Below, piece by piece: positions 10,649 to 21,130 of a stretch of 64,000 nt of DNA. How positions within the stretch are numbered: position 1 is the first letter of the stretch; each line of letters opens with the position of its first letter. Origin of the DNA: Naegleria gruberi (Eukaryota). The translations under genes and the position numbers were made by a program. The stretch is taken from NCBI GenBank assembly GCA_000004985.1, contig GG738892.1. One strand, 5' to 3'. The notes below the pieces were generated by a model. It was not told the origin of the DNA, did not search any database, and saw nothing but the letters and a program-made list of their open reading frames with translations.

Positions 10649-12201
10649 TTATCTGTTTGACAGGATTTCATCAAGTGATTTCATCAATTTCCCATGAACG
10701 ACCGACACGAGTGAAAATCGAGAATTTAATAAATTGAGAGCATTTTGATTTCTTTGCAGAATTTCATAATAATCAATTGGTTGAAGAATGCCTAGCTCTC
10801 CAAAACTTATTTGATTGTTCATTCTCGATCCATTCTTGATGCCTTTCACAACTTGTAAATTGACACGTGTTGCCATTACTATAAATGGAATTGAGAATAA
10901 ACTACAATGATTGAATGAATCAGTTTCACATAGATAGGTTATTCTGAGACTGCATTCTTCTATCAGATCGGTTCTACTGAGAGAGGAGACGTAAACTCCC
11001 AATTTTAAACCTTCAATTAATAAGGTTTGAGTGAATTCGAAACTATTCGAAGGGGAATCTTCACTATTGGAATCTGTATTTCTTGATAGAATGGTCGAAA
11101 TACATAACTTTACAATTTCAGATCCAGTATTGATAATTTCATTACAATTTTCTTTCGTAATTTTTTGTTGTAATAATGTCACCAATTGACTTGATAGTGT
11201 AATTCCACAAATAAACTCAAATACGGAAGGTAATCGACTTGCAAAGTTTAATGCATCCATTTCTCCAAATGAAAATTGTTCCAAAAACGAAATTGTCCTT
11301 TTCAATCGTGATTGGTTGACTAGATTTCCAAATTTACAACAATGTAAATGAAAATTCGACAATTCCATATTTCCTCTTCCAATTTCAAAGAGTCCTAGAT
11401 TGAGATGTGTATAAGAAACTAGAATAAAGCTTGGATTGAAGCTTTTTGAGAGGAAATTTCTAGATTTCATTGCACATTCCTCTGAAAGATTCGATTTTCC
11501 ACATGATTGATTACACAGAGCTTGTATACTCCAATATAATGCATTTCTCTCCAACATGAAACTTTCTCTCTCGCATTTCGTTTCGTATATTTCAATATAT
11601 TTTTCCAATAAATCTCTGTTGAAGCATGTTTTCATGCTTTCATTCACATCTTTGGTAATATAGAAATTAAATGGGAGAGGCATTGAAAAAGTCCATGGCA
11701 GGTAATATGCAATGCTCGCTTTGTTATTGTTGGAATGAGTTTCTTCCAAATTGACACTCACATGTTTGTTATTGGGTGAAGATGAATCAGATAGTGTCAA
11801 TTCCCTCTTTCTCTTTGTTGAGGATCCTGTTGGTGAGATTTGATTCGCCTTCCTTGATTCTCTATTTTTATAGATGCATTCCACTCCTCGAGATGTACAT
11901 CTTTCACATGAGGGTTTTGTTTTTGCTGTTTTTGAAATAATTTGTTAACATAAATATTTGTCTAAATCAATTGGTGTGAGCTCAAATACTTACAACAAAA
12001 TTTATGCATTCGTCTACATCTTACACAAGAGATTGGATGAAAATGTTCTTGAGTGTCGCTGTTGTTGGAACTTTCAGATTCTTCTGTAATGTTGCTGCTG
12101 ATGGAGCTACTACATGTTATTGGAAAGTCTTCTTCCAACAATAAGTTATCATTTCCAGTCAAACTCAATACCAGAGAATCAATATTATCAAAGGGATTCA
12201 T
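10649..12201 (-). CDS. Zn(II)2Cys6 (GAL4-type) binuclear-cluster transcription factor, 2 exons: join(10649..11925,11993..12201)
   Basis: Exon 1 ends ...CVRCRRMHKFC + t | GTAAGT. A 67-nt intron (11926..11992) ends with acceptor cag|CA. The spliced product gives C-x2-C-x6-C-x6-C-x2-C-x6-C (CVRC RRMHKF C SKTKPS CERC TSRGVE C), a textbook Zn2Cys6 cluster, followed by a basic linker and a long fungal-TF-like middle region. Confidence 0.7.
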
Positions 12202-12544
12202 CTTGTTTTTTCCTCGAGGAATTTGAATTATTCGAAAGTGTTGGAAAATAATAAACTAGAGAGGTCATTGAAACTATTCCTTGTTCTTTTTAGTGCTACA
12301 ATGCAAGATATGAGACCCAATATGGAGAAGCCAACAATTCCTTCTCATTCTTATTTAACAATTTGTCAATTATTATCCTAAACAGTTTCTAACATAAATT
12401 TTCGAGTAACAGTATATGTAAACCATGTACTCGACATTGATATTTCATTCTTTCTAATAAGGTGTTAAATGTGCTTCTGTAAATGGAACCGGAATTGGAA
12501 CAATTAAATGAGCTCCAATAACAAAAATTAACAAACAAAACATC

Positions 12545-12616
12545 CTCCCATGCCGGGAATTGAACCCGGACCTCCTGGGTGAAAGCCAGGTATCCTAGCC
12601 ATTGGACTACACGGGA
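12545..12616 (-). tRNA. tRNA-Glu (anticodon UUC), copy 1
   Basis: Minus-strand read TCCCGTGTAGTCCAATGGCTAGGATACCTGGCTTTCACCCAGGAGGTCCGGGTTCAATTCCCGGCATGGGAG folds as a cloverleaf: 7-bp acceptor TCCCGTG/CATGGGA, anticodon loop CTTTCAC. No encoded CCA. Confidence 0.85.
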
Positions 12617-12703
12617 TTTACATTCATGTTTCCTTAATGCTCTAGTCCAGTAAGATAAGGTAATTAATTTAAAAGGTGAACTTGTTTTGCATAATAATAA
12701 AAA

Positions 12704-13684
12704 ATGAAAAGAAACAAGACAATCACAACGGCGTCAACATTGTCATCACATTGGTACGAAACATGCGGAGAAGCCTTTTTTACACAACTACTCGTACCAT
12801 TCCTCAGCAACCCATCCCGAGAATTAAAATCACTCTCCCTAACGTGTCGATTTATTTATCAAATTTATGCATCATCATCGAGTGGAAATGATTTGTGGAT
12901 GAATTTCCTATTGAACAAGTATCATGACTTGAATAGGGAAATATTGAAAAATAACGATGGAAAATTAATGATGTATTATTATCAATTAGTTTATTTTGAA
13001 AATCATTTGGATCAGATTCTGCCAGAATATTTAATACCAACATTATCTTATGGAAGAGATTTAAAGAATGATGATGTTAGACCTCGTTTTATTTGTTCAT
13101 CTTCTAATGGATATTATTATTCTATGGGATTTATTAACATGTTGATTAATTCGGAATTTGATTTGGAATATGATCCATGCCTTGAGGATAATTATACATT
13201 TAATTTGGAAATGGAAAATGCAAAGAAATGTATTTCATTATATCCCATTTCATTATTGGAGGAATATTCACCACTCTATCAAGGTTATATCGATATGAGT
13301 GATGGAATGATTTTTACACTTGTTATCAAGAATGATTTTAATAATATCGAATCAGTATTGGATCAATTTCATATATTTTACAAGCAAGTGCAATTGCAAA
13401 AAAGGTTAAACTCGTTTATATTTACCATTGCAATTACTTACAAGGATTTTATGGAAGATTCTTTTAAGAAAATGGTCGAAGAGGAATTGAGAATGCACAT
13501 TTCACATTATAACATTGTAAATTATGTAATTATGGAATGTAATCCAAGGAAGAGAGATCAAGTTTTAAGAATAACCATCGAGTCTGTGAAGAGATTTAAA
13601 TTTATTGATACCAAACTATTCTTGAAATATCTTCAAATTAAATCGGAAGAGGAGAAGAATAAGAAGAATTGTTCAATAATGTGA
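12704..13684 (+). CDS. hypothetical protein (326 aa)
   Basis: ATG-initiated ORF (aaaaATGAAAAG) with typical AT-rich codon use and no internal stop. No family recognised. Confidence 0.45.
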   Translation: MKRNKTITTASTLSSHWYETCGEAFFTQLLVPFLSNPSRELKSLSLTCRFIYQIYASSSSGNDLWMNFLLNKYHDLNREILKNNDGKLMMYYYQLVYFENHLDQILPEYLIPTLSYGRDLKNDDVRPRFICSSSNGYYYSMGFINMLINSEFDLEYDPCLEDNYTFNLEMENAKKCISLYPISLLEEYSPLYQGYIDMSDGMIFTLVIKNDFNNIESVLDQFHIFYKQVQLQKRLNSFIFTIAITYKDFMEDSFKKMVEEELRMHISHYNIVNYVIMECNPRKRDQVLRITIESVKRFKFIDTKLFLKYLQIKSEEEKNKKNCSIM

Positions 13685-13937
13685 ATATTTGAACAGTCAG
13701 TGTAAATTCATCAAATTCAAACTTGATACAGACATCAAATGGCCAATATGGAGAAATCTCACAAGTAATCATATAATTCAATACAAGGAAAGGCAATGCT
13801 CTCACTACAAGTCTCTTAAACACTTCATATACTTTTGCAAAGTTACAGAGATTATTTCAACAAAAAAGTTTTTTTTGAAGATCCCTTTCTGAGTTGTAAA
13901 CTGTTTGGTAAACTTGAGTTGCATTTATGGAAATTTT

Positions 13938-15202
13938 TTATTCCAAGTCACCTCTAATCTTTAAAATAATCTTTCCACTATTCTTATTTTGTTCCATATG
14001 TTCATGAGCTTGAATAACTTGATCCATATCAAAGACTGTATCAACATTGGCAACTAGTTTTTTAGTTTCAAAAGCATCCTTAATGTAATCTTTCAATTCT
14101 TGAACAAGTTGTTGCTTATAGAGAGGAGATCTATTTCTCAAAGTACTATATTGAATACGAATTCTCTTTCTCAACATTAATCCTAAATCAATAGTAGCGC
14201 TGGTTCCTCCCATTGATGCAATTCCAATAATAGTGGCATCTAATCTGGCAATTTGTACATCTTGTTCCAAATAGGTATTTCCACCAATTGGATCTAGAAT
14301 ATAATCAATGAGTGGTGTAACACCACTTTCAGAATCATTGGTCAAGATTTTTGAAAGTTTTTCACTCCACTTTGGATTTTCCTTATAATTTACATAATGA
14401 GTAGCTCCATATTGTTTACAAAATTCACCCTTCTCATCACTTCCACAAGTAACACAAATGTTCTTACACAATCCACTCAATTTACACAATTGAATCAATG
14501 CCAATCCAACACCACTTGCACCACCATGAATCAAAACATTGAGATTTCCCTCAACTTTTTCATGTAATCTTCCAATTTTGAAGAAACATTGAAATGCAGT
14601 CAGGAAAGCTTCTGGAATTGCAGCAGCTTCCTTCAATGAAATTCCATTACAATGAAACATTTGACTTGTAGTAGCAATAACATATTCAGAATATGCACCT
14701 CCTTCAACAAGACAATAAACGTAATCTCCAACTTTGAATTGACCATCAGTGGATGTTTCTTGTCCATTGGAAAACTTTTCAATAATACCCGAAACTTCTA
14801 ATCCAATAATTGGACTACTACCAGGTGGTGGTGGATACATTCCATTTCTTTGTACAATATCTAGATACACATTAAATACATTAAATAATTATTAAATATT
14901 GTGATTAATACATTAATTAATAATCGGAATACAACATCATCAATCAAACATTAGCCATTAATATATATTGATAAATATTACAATCATTTAATATATTTAA
15001 TATATTTAATAAAAAACATACCAGCACGATTCAAAGCAGCATAATAAACTTTAATCAAGGCTTGAGTATTACCAACTGCTGATTGTTGTTGTGATGGTGG
15101 TGGGGCAGAAAATTCAGGAATTGGATATTCATTATCAATGTATAAATCTTTGGCTGATTTGGTGATTGGTTGACGAACTTGAACAACTCGTTGATGACTC
15201 AT
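13938..15202 (-). CDS. NADPH:quinone oxidoreductase / zeta-crystallin-like medium-chain dehydrogenase, 2 exons: join(13938..14860,15022..15202)
   Basis: Exon 1 (MSHQRVVQVRQP...YYAALNRA + g) ends at GTATGT. A 161-nt intron ends with acceptor ctag|AT, giving ...[30 protein letters not shown]... with the cofactor glycine motif GGASGVGLALIQL. Typical quinone oxidoreductase family. Confidence 0.75.
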
Positions 15203-15683
15203 TTTTTTTAAATATACTTTACAATATTAAATACTATTGAATGTATAATACTTCTTTTAATTAAGTTCAATACTTGTCGAAATTTTTTCGATTTTGTCTT
15301 TGTTGAGTGATTATCTGGCTATTCCTTCTCAAGTTTCTGATAGCTCTGATTTTTCATCAGCTCCTTCAGATCCAATGTTAACCTTTGATGATGAAAATTC
15401 CATAATGTCATCTGTTAGTGCCTCTGAGAATGATCCATTACTTATCGACCAAACCTCAATATTCTCTGTCATTAGAGAAGAAGCTAGTAACAACTCTCAA
15501 GCAACTCCTCAAAAGAGATAATCTTGGTGTCGAGGTTTATCTTCAATTTTTAAAGTTTGCCTTAATTAAAATTTGTAAAGTTTTATTTAGAATCATTTTA
15601 AAGATGCCTTGGTGAAATTTGGGTGAAAGCAAGCTATTACTGTCCCAATCAGTCGTGTTAACAATTTTTTAATATTTCCCGAA

Positions 15684-15763
15684 GGTGTGTTGACCGAGTG
15701 GTTATGGTGCTGGCTTCAGGTGCCAGTGGGTAAAACCGCGTGGGTTCAAATCCCACACACATC
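15684..15763 (+). tRNA. tRNA-Leu (anticodon CAG), long variable arm, copy 1
   Basis: GGTGTGTTGACCGAGTGGTTATGGTGCTGGCTTCAGGTGCCAGTGGGTAAAACCGCGTGGGTTCAAATCCCACACACATCA. Anticodon stem CTGGC/GCCAG, loop TTCAGGT; class II variable arm; T-arm GTGGG TTCAAAT CCCAC. Confidence 0.85.
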
Positions 15764-15770
15764 AGTTCAA

Positions 15771-15779
15771 ATTTTTTTT
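15771..15779 (+). terminator. Pol III terminator T-run downstream of tRNA-Leu copy 1
   Basis: T9 run 8 nt after the tRNA 3' end. Confidence 0.5.
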
Positions 15780-15804
15780 TCTTAGGGGAAATAATTCTAA
15801 AAAA

Positions 15805-16412
15805 ATGAAAGAACCCAAACTTAATGAATACATTACCGTTCCGTTGGTTTTTATTTGCTGTTCTTCCTCTTCAGAATCATCATCACCATTAAATTATTAT
15901 TTTCTTGAAAAGGAATTTAATGGAAAGAGAAATGATCATGTTTCGTATGCTATTTGTTTGAGAAAGAGATTATATTTTTGGGAAGATGAATTTGATCAGG
16001 GAATGATAATTAATATGAAAGTGCAATTGATAAAACTATTAACCATCCAGCAGCATGATTATGGAAAATTTGAAAAGTTTAATTTTGAGGAATTAACATT
16101 GAAATGAAATTTGAAAGAGTTGATTTCAAATTTAGTAAGCCAATGTTTAATGAACATTCCAGCACTAATGGTGGAGCCAGGAAGGAAATTGATTATTATT
16201 GTGGAGTTAGGGCATTTAGAATTACAATTGAATTGGATCAGATGGATATTAGCAAGTCAATTGTGAAAAGTCGTGAAATTAACTCTATATTTGAAATTGA
16301 ATACAATCCATTTTGTGATATGAATCACGTTGTGGATGAACCATTTCTACAACATGACATGTGCATGAATTTAATTGTAGACGCTGATGTGAGAATTCGA
16401 AACAAAGATTAA
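15805..16412 (+). other. two overlapping ORFs (15805..16107 and 16104..16412) in successive -1 frames; hypothetical, possibly a disrupted gene
   Basis: Both are ATG-initiated. The first stop overlaps the second start (aaATGAaa). No family recognised. Confidence 0.25.
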
Positions 16413-16438
16413 TTGGAAATCCTGTTAAAATTCCTCCA

Positions 16439-17209
16439 ATGCCATTCGATTCCTTACTTCTCCATGCAACAATTCTCTCAAGATTGGATGAATCCAACGA
16501 AAAAGTTCTAATGATTCACTATCGTGATACTGCTAAAAAGTATCGTCATCTTGTGAGAAGAATTTCATTCGAAGATAATAATGGGAAACTTGTTGGAAAA
16601 TTGGGAAAGTGTGAATTGCTTAATTATTTCAAACATTTCAATGAAAAAGTGAGAATTATTTCACATTGTAGAGTCAGTGAAACATGCTACCTTTACAAAA
16701 TTGTTTCAAATCATGATTGTGATACACAATTACATTTCAAATCGGTTAAAGAATTTTCAAAGCATACTCAATGGATCTTAATTGATCTGGAAAGCCGTAT
16801 TGTTAGTGAAATTGAACCATATTATGCTAAACTCCTTCCTTCAAGTATTCCAAATGAGTCAATTGCAATTGATGAGGATGGATTCATCCAAAAACCAAAA
16901 CGAAAAAAGTATTTCGCCATTAGAAATAGAAAGGAGCAACACATTTCGACTGTGGGTTTTTGTGACTTTGCAAGAATCAGTCTTTCCTCCTTTACTCCAT
17001 TCCCCTATTCCTCTTCGAATTCATCACTGGTTAATGTACTTTGTACTGTGATGGTTACTGAGACGACAACTCGTCACAAGAAATTCACGAATGAGAATTC
17101 TGTTGTTTTCATTAATTATCAATTCAAACTTTTGAAAGGAGGATGGAAGGATTTGTTTGAAAAAACAAAAGACAGATCGCTTGTGGATATTGAAATTAGA
17201 TTTAGATAA
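16439..17209 (+). CDS. hypothetical protein (256 aa)
   Basis: ATG-initiated ORF in a third frame directly after the two ORFs above. No recognisable domain. Confidence 0.4.
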   Translation: MPFDSLLLHATILSRLDESNEKVLMIHYRDTAKKYRHLVRRISFEDNNGKLVGKLGKCELLNYFKHFNEKVRIISHCRVSETCYLYKIVSNHDCDTQLHFKSVKEFSKHTQWILIDLESRIVSEIEPYYAKLLPSSIPNESIAIDEDGFIQKPKRKKYFAIRNRKEQHISTVGFCDFARISLSSFTPFPYSSSNSSLVNVLCTVMVTETTTRHKKFTNENSVVFINYQFKLLKGGWKDLFEKTKDRSLVDIEIRFR

Positions 17210-17309
17210 TCTTTGTCTACAACCATCCATCACTTTGATTTAAATGTCAAAATAGTTTACAACACAAAATTTCAAGTGATGAACTTTGTGTCAAGAACAA
17301 CCTAAAAAA

Positions 17310-18524
17310 ATGCATCAACAAGATAAATACACCACCCCTTCAACGTTGCTAGAGAAATCCAATGCTGTATTTTCGGATGATATTTGTTATGAAATATTGT
17401 CATTTCTTGACCATAATTTCAAATCTTCATCACTTTGGAATTATGCATCAATTTCAAAACAATTTATGAAAATAATTGGAGGACGATTGGAATTGAACAT
17501 GTACTATTCAGAAATGACTTCTCAAAAGATTGAGTTAATGAGGAGAAGTATCCTGTCTCAAAATGTTGTGAGTTTGAGAACTGAAAGAGTTTCGGATTTT
17601 CCAAAATTTTGCACAATTCTTAAAAGCATGAATCAATTGAGGAGAGTTGAAATTTGTGGTCATCACTTGAAAGGAGCAACAATTAAACCATTGACCATGT
17701 TGAAACAAGTTACAGATCTTGTACTAAATGAGAATGGAATTAGTGAACTGGGTGTGATTTACATTTCTGGAATGATTCAATTAAAATCTCTCGATATTAG
17801 GAATAATGAAATTAATGTTGAGAGTGCCAAATATATCACTCAACTGCGTAAACTACAATCTTTGAGTGTTTCAGTTCGTAACAATGAAGTTCTGACATTA
17901 ATAGGTGGAATGAAAAATTTGACTCGATTGAGGATTGATAGAAATAACATAGGACATGATGGAGCCAAAATAATCAGTAGAATGAAGCAATTGACCAGTC
18001 TGCATATTTCCAATAATTCACTGCTATCTGAAGGAGCAAAATTGATAAGTAGTATGAAGAAACTAACCGAATTGGTCATTACCAACAATAATATTGGAAT
18101 AATGGGAACCTTTTATATTAGTGAGCTGAAAGAATTAACCAAACTTTGTATTGGTTTTAATTGTATTGGAGATGAAGGAGCCAAACATATTAGTGGGTTG
18201 AAAAAGTTGGTTGACCTTAATGTCACTTGGAATGAGATTGGCCTTGCTGGTGCCAAGTCAATTGGAGAATTGAGAAATTTAACTCATCTTTCTGCGGGTG
18301 AGAATGATATTCCAGCAGAAGGAGCTAAAGCAATAAGTCAATTAAGGAATTTGACCTATCTTGATATTGTAGGCAATCCAATAGGTGATGAAGGAGGTTT
18401 AGCAATTAGTGAATTGACAAAATTGACTACACTCTTCATTGGCGTCTATTCCTTGAGTAATTGCTCAATTGACCAACTCAAGAAAATGAAGCAGTTAAGA
18501 GTATCAGATCTTCTTGATGATTAG
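17310..18524 (+). CDS. F-box-like + leucine-rich-repeat protein (RNI-like), paralogue of 8729..10555
   Basis: The track ORF starts at a TTG (17286). The first ATG is at 17310 (MHQQDKYTTPSTLLEKSNAVFSDDICYEILSFLDHNF...), with the same N-terminal motif as the other paralogue (FSDDIC.EI...LD), followed by about 10 LRRs (N.IG..GAK.IS.LK.LT.L.I..N). Confidence 0.7.
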   Translation: MHQQDKYTTPSTLLEKSNAVFSDDICYEILSFLDHNFKSSSLWNYASISKQFMKIIGGRLELNMYYSEMTSQKIELMRRSILSQNVVSLRTERVSDFPKFCTILKSMNQLRRVEICGHHLKGATIKPLTMLKQVTDLVLNENGISELGVIYISGMIQLKSLDIRNNEINVESAKYITQLRKLQSLSVSVRNNEVLTLIGGMKNLTRLRIDRNNIGHDGAKIISRMKQLTSLHISNNSLLSEGAKLISSMKKLTELVITNNNIGIMGTFYISELKELTKLCIGFNCIGDEGAKHISGLKKLVDLNVTWNEIGLAGAKSIGELRNLTHLSAGENDIPAEGAKAISQLRNLTYLDIVGNPIGDEGGLAISELTKLTTLFIGVYSLSNCSIDQLKKMKQLRVSDLLDD

Positions 18525-18582
18525 TTTCATTGAGATTTCATTTGAATCGAATAATTATAATTTATTTAATTATTAAAAAAAA

Positions 18583-20980
18583 ATGAAAAGACAATATGAT
18601 ATGATTAATACTTGTTCTTCTGATCAAGATGAAGATGATGATTGTACAGAAACTTGTTCTTCCGAAGATGAACAATATGAACTTGCTTTAAAATATTTTA
18701 ATGGGACTAATGTTGAAACAAATTATTCTAAAGCTTTCGACTTGTTTTTGAAGAGTGCGGAACAGGGAAAGACAGAATCACAACATCAAATTGGCTATTT
18801 TTATCATTGTGGATTGGTGGTGGAGAAGGATTTATCTAAAGCAATGGAATGGTATCTGAAAGCTGCCGAAAAGGGATTTTCAGAATCACAATTTTCAATC
18901 GGAATTTTGTTTTATAAAGGAGTTGAAGTGGAGTATTCGAAAGCTATGGAATGGTTTTTGAAAGCAGCTGAAAATGGTCTTTCGAAAGCTCAGTGTAATC
19001 TTGCTGCTTTATATGAAAATGGATGGGGAGTTGAACAAGATTATTCGAAAGCTATGGAATGGTATTTAAAATCTGCTGAACAGGAAAATTCAATAGCTCA
19101 ATGTAATATTGGAAATATATTTGCAAATGGAAAGGGAGTTGACCAAGATTATTCTAAAGCATTCGAATGGTATCTGAAAGCTGCTAAAAATGGTGATTTA
19201 ACTGCTCAATCATTTGTTGCATCATCATTTGCAACTGGAAGAGGGGTCAAAAAAGATTATTCTAAAGCATTCGAATGGTATTCAAAAGCAGCTGAAAATG
19301 ATTATTCTCATTCAGTCTACAGTATTGTAAATGGAAAAGGAACAGACAGTGATGCAAAATTCAATCTAGCTTATTTATACGAAACTGGATCAGGTGTTCA
19401 AAAGAACATCCTGAAAGCATTCGAATGGTATATGAAAGCAGCTCAAGATGGTCATCTAAATGCACAATTTTCCATTGCAGGATTTTATAGAGATGGATTG
19501 GTAGTTCAACAAAATTTTTCAAAGGCAGTAGTATGGTATTTGATAGCTGCTGAAAATGGTCATATGGACGCACAGTTCAATGCTGGTTATGCTTTTGAAA
19601 ATGGTTTAGGAGTTCCACAAGATTATTCGAAAGCTATGGAATTATATTCTAAAGCTGCTGAACAGGGGAGTGCACGTGCTGAATGTAATATTGGAAATAT
19701 GTATTTGTATGGGAGAGGTGTTGAAATAGATTATTCGAAAGCTGAGGAACATTTATTGAAGGCCTCTGAAAGAGGTGATGCATTATCACAAGTTAATGTT
19801 GCATATTATTACATGAATGGAGTATTCGATAGAGATTACACCAAAGCATTCAAATACTTTCTTGAGGCTGCTAAAAATGGTGAGCTAACCGCCCAGAATA
19901 ATGTTGCAAAATTATTCGAATTGGGCCTAGGAACTGAGAAAAATTTGAAACAAGCTCTATTTTGGAATTCAAAAAAATTGAATGATAGTTGCAGTTTTCA
20001 ATTTATTGAGGATCCGTATGACCAATTTGCTTTAAAAACTTTCAGACCAGTAATAGACAGCGAGATGAGTTTAATTACAGATTCGAATGAGATGGTGATT
20101 ATTCGATTTGAAACTAGAGATTTTACAATCTTGAAAAACAAGGTGATCACAAGCAAATACTTGACAACAATGATGAATTCTAATTGGATTGGTTTCAATT
20201 CGAAAGGAGAATGGTCAACTTGTACTTGATTTACAAACTATTGAACATGAAATATTTCAGAGAAATGTCAATCACATTGAAATATTTGAGAAATATGTTG
20301 AATACTTGACAAATGATACGATACCATCTAATTTTGATACTAAAATGGAATTAATTGAATTATCAAGATATTTACAGGACGATTCATGTATTTTTAAAAT
20401 TGTGAAATATTCTGACGTTTTGACAAGATTTTACATTTCATTTTATTTTGACAAAACGGAACAGCTTGACATTCCAATAGTTAGTTGTTATATAATGGAT
20501 ACTACATTCAACACGTGCGATATTTCACCTCATGCAATTGAGAAATTATTGACAGGACCTGATTTATCACCAATTGCCAAGAGGAAGATTTTAGATCTAG
20601 TTCCATTAAATAATTTGGGAACCAATTCGACAATATTCGAAGGTAAGTAATCGAATCAAATTTAATTACCAACCAGCTCGATAGATAACAATACAATTCA
20701 CACAATTTTTTCACCAATTGAAGTTAAAAAGGAAATTAGAATTGATACGAAATCAATTATTCTAGAATTAGAAATCGAAGAAACTGGAATGATAATCAAA
20801 AGCGATGATTTGAGTAATTCCCAGATTTACATTCAATTAAATAATGATAATGATCACGTTGGGTTTTGGTTATTGGTCAATCCTGGAAAAACTATTTTGA
20901 AATTACCAAAATATGATTTTGACACAATTGATATGATTATTATTCCAACCGTAACTGCAATACTGGACCAAGAAAATTGA
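18583..20980 (+). CDS. Sel1-like repeat (TPR-like) protein with a C-terminal non-repeat extension. Multi-exon, model uncertain: 18583..~20142, ~20215..20643, 20724..20980
   Basis: There are about 12 tandem Sel1 repeats (DYSKAMEWYLKAAEQG...AQ.NLG.LYENG.GV.QD). The main ORF stops at 20229 but a second frame is open from 20177. A 72-nt candidate intron GTGATC..aaag (20143..20214) joins them in frame. A clear GTAAGT donor at 20644, an 80-nt intron and acceptor gaag|TT lead to a final exon ending at TGA 20978-20980. Confidence 0.55.
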
Positions 20981-21035
20981 ATCACATCTTGCAAGATAAC
21001 AAGCAAGTCTTGATAGAACCATTGAAATGGCAAAT

Positions 21036-21042
21036 AAAAAAA
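21036..21042 (-). terminator. Pol III terminator T-run downstream of tRNA-Leu copy 2
   Basis: A7 on the plus strand, which is T7 on the minus strand, 7 nt after the tRNA 3' end. Confidence 0.45.
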
Positions 21043-21049
21043 TTTGAAC

Positions 21050-21130
21050 TGATGTGTGTGGGATTTGAACCCACGCGGTTTTACCCACTGGCACCTGAAG
21101 CCAGCACCATAACCACTCGGTCAACACACC
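21050..21130 (-). tRNA. tRNA-Leu (anticodon CAG), copy 2, inverted relative to copy 1
   Basis: Exact reverse complement of the 15684..15763 gene (plus-strand text tgtgtgggatttgaacccacgcggttttacccactggcacctgaagccagcaccataaccactcggtcaacacacc). Confidence 0.85.

Larger units (their letters stand above)
15640..15785. repeat. tRNA-Leu(CAG) duplication unit, copy 1, in inverted orientation to 21030..21180
   Basis: Besides the 80-nt tRNA, about 45 nt upstream (cccaatcagtcgtgttaacaattttttaatatttcccgaagg versus cgccatcagtcgtattcaaaattttttaataatatccgaagg) and about 20 nt downstream (cagttcaaattttttt) are conserved between the two copies. Confidence 0.6.

Noticed and set aside
15294-15521. 75-aa acidic, Ser-rich ORF (MSLLSDYLAIPSQVSDSSDF...) as a gene
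   Set aside because: It starts at TTG in the track, and its first ATG leaves about 48 aa of low-complexity sequence with no domain. It may still be a short exon or disordered micro-protein, but there is insufficient support.
20644-21049. Region between the Sel1 gene and tRNA-Leu copy 2 as a separate gene (ORF 20789..20980)
   Set aside because: The ORF is in phase with the GTAAGT donor at 20644 via acceptor gaag|TT at 20723/20724 and is better explained as the last exon of the Sel1-repeat gene.
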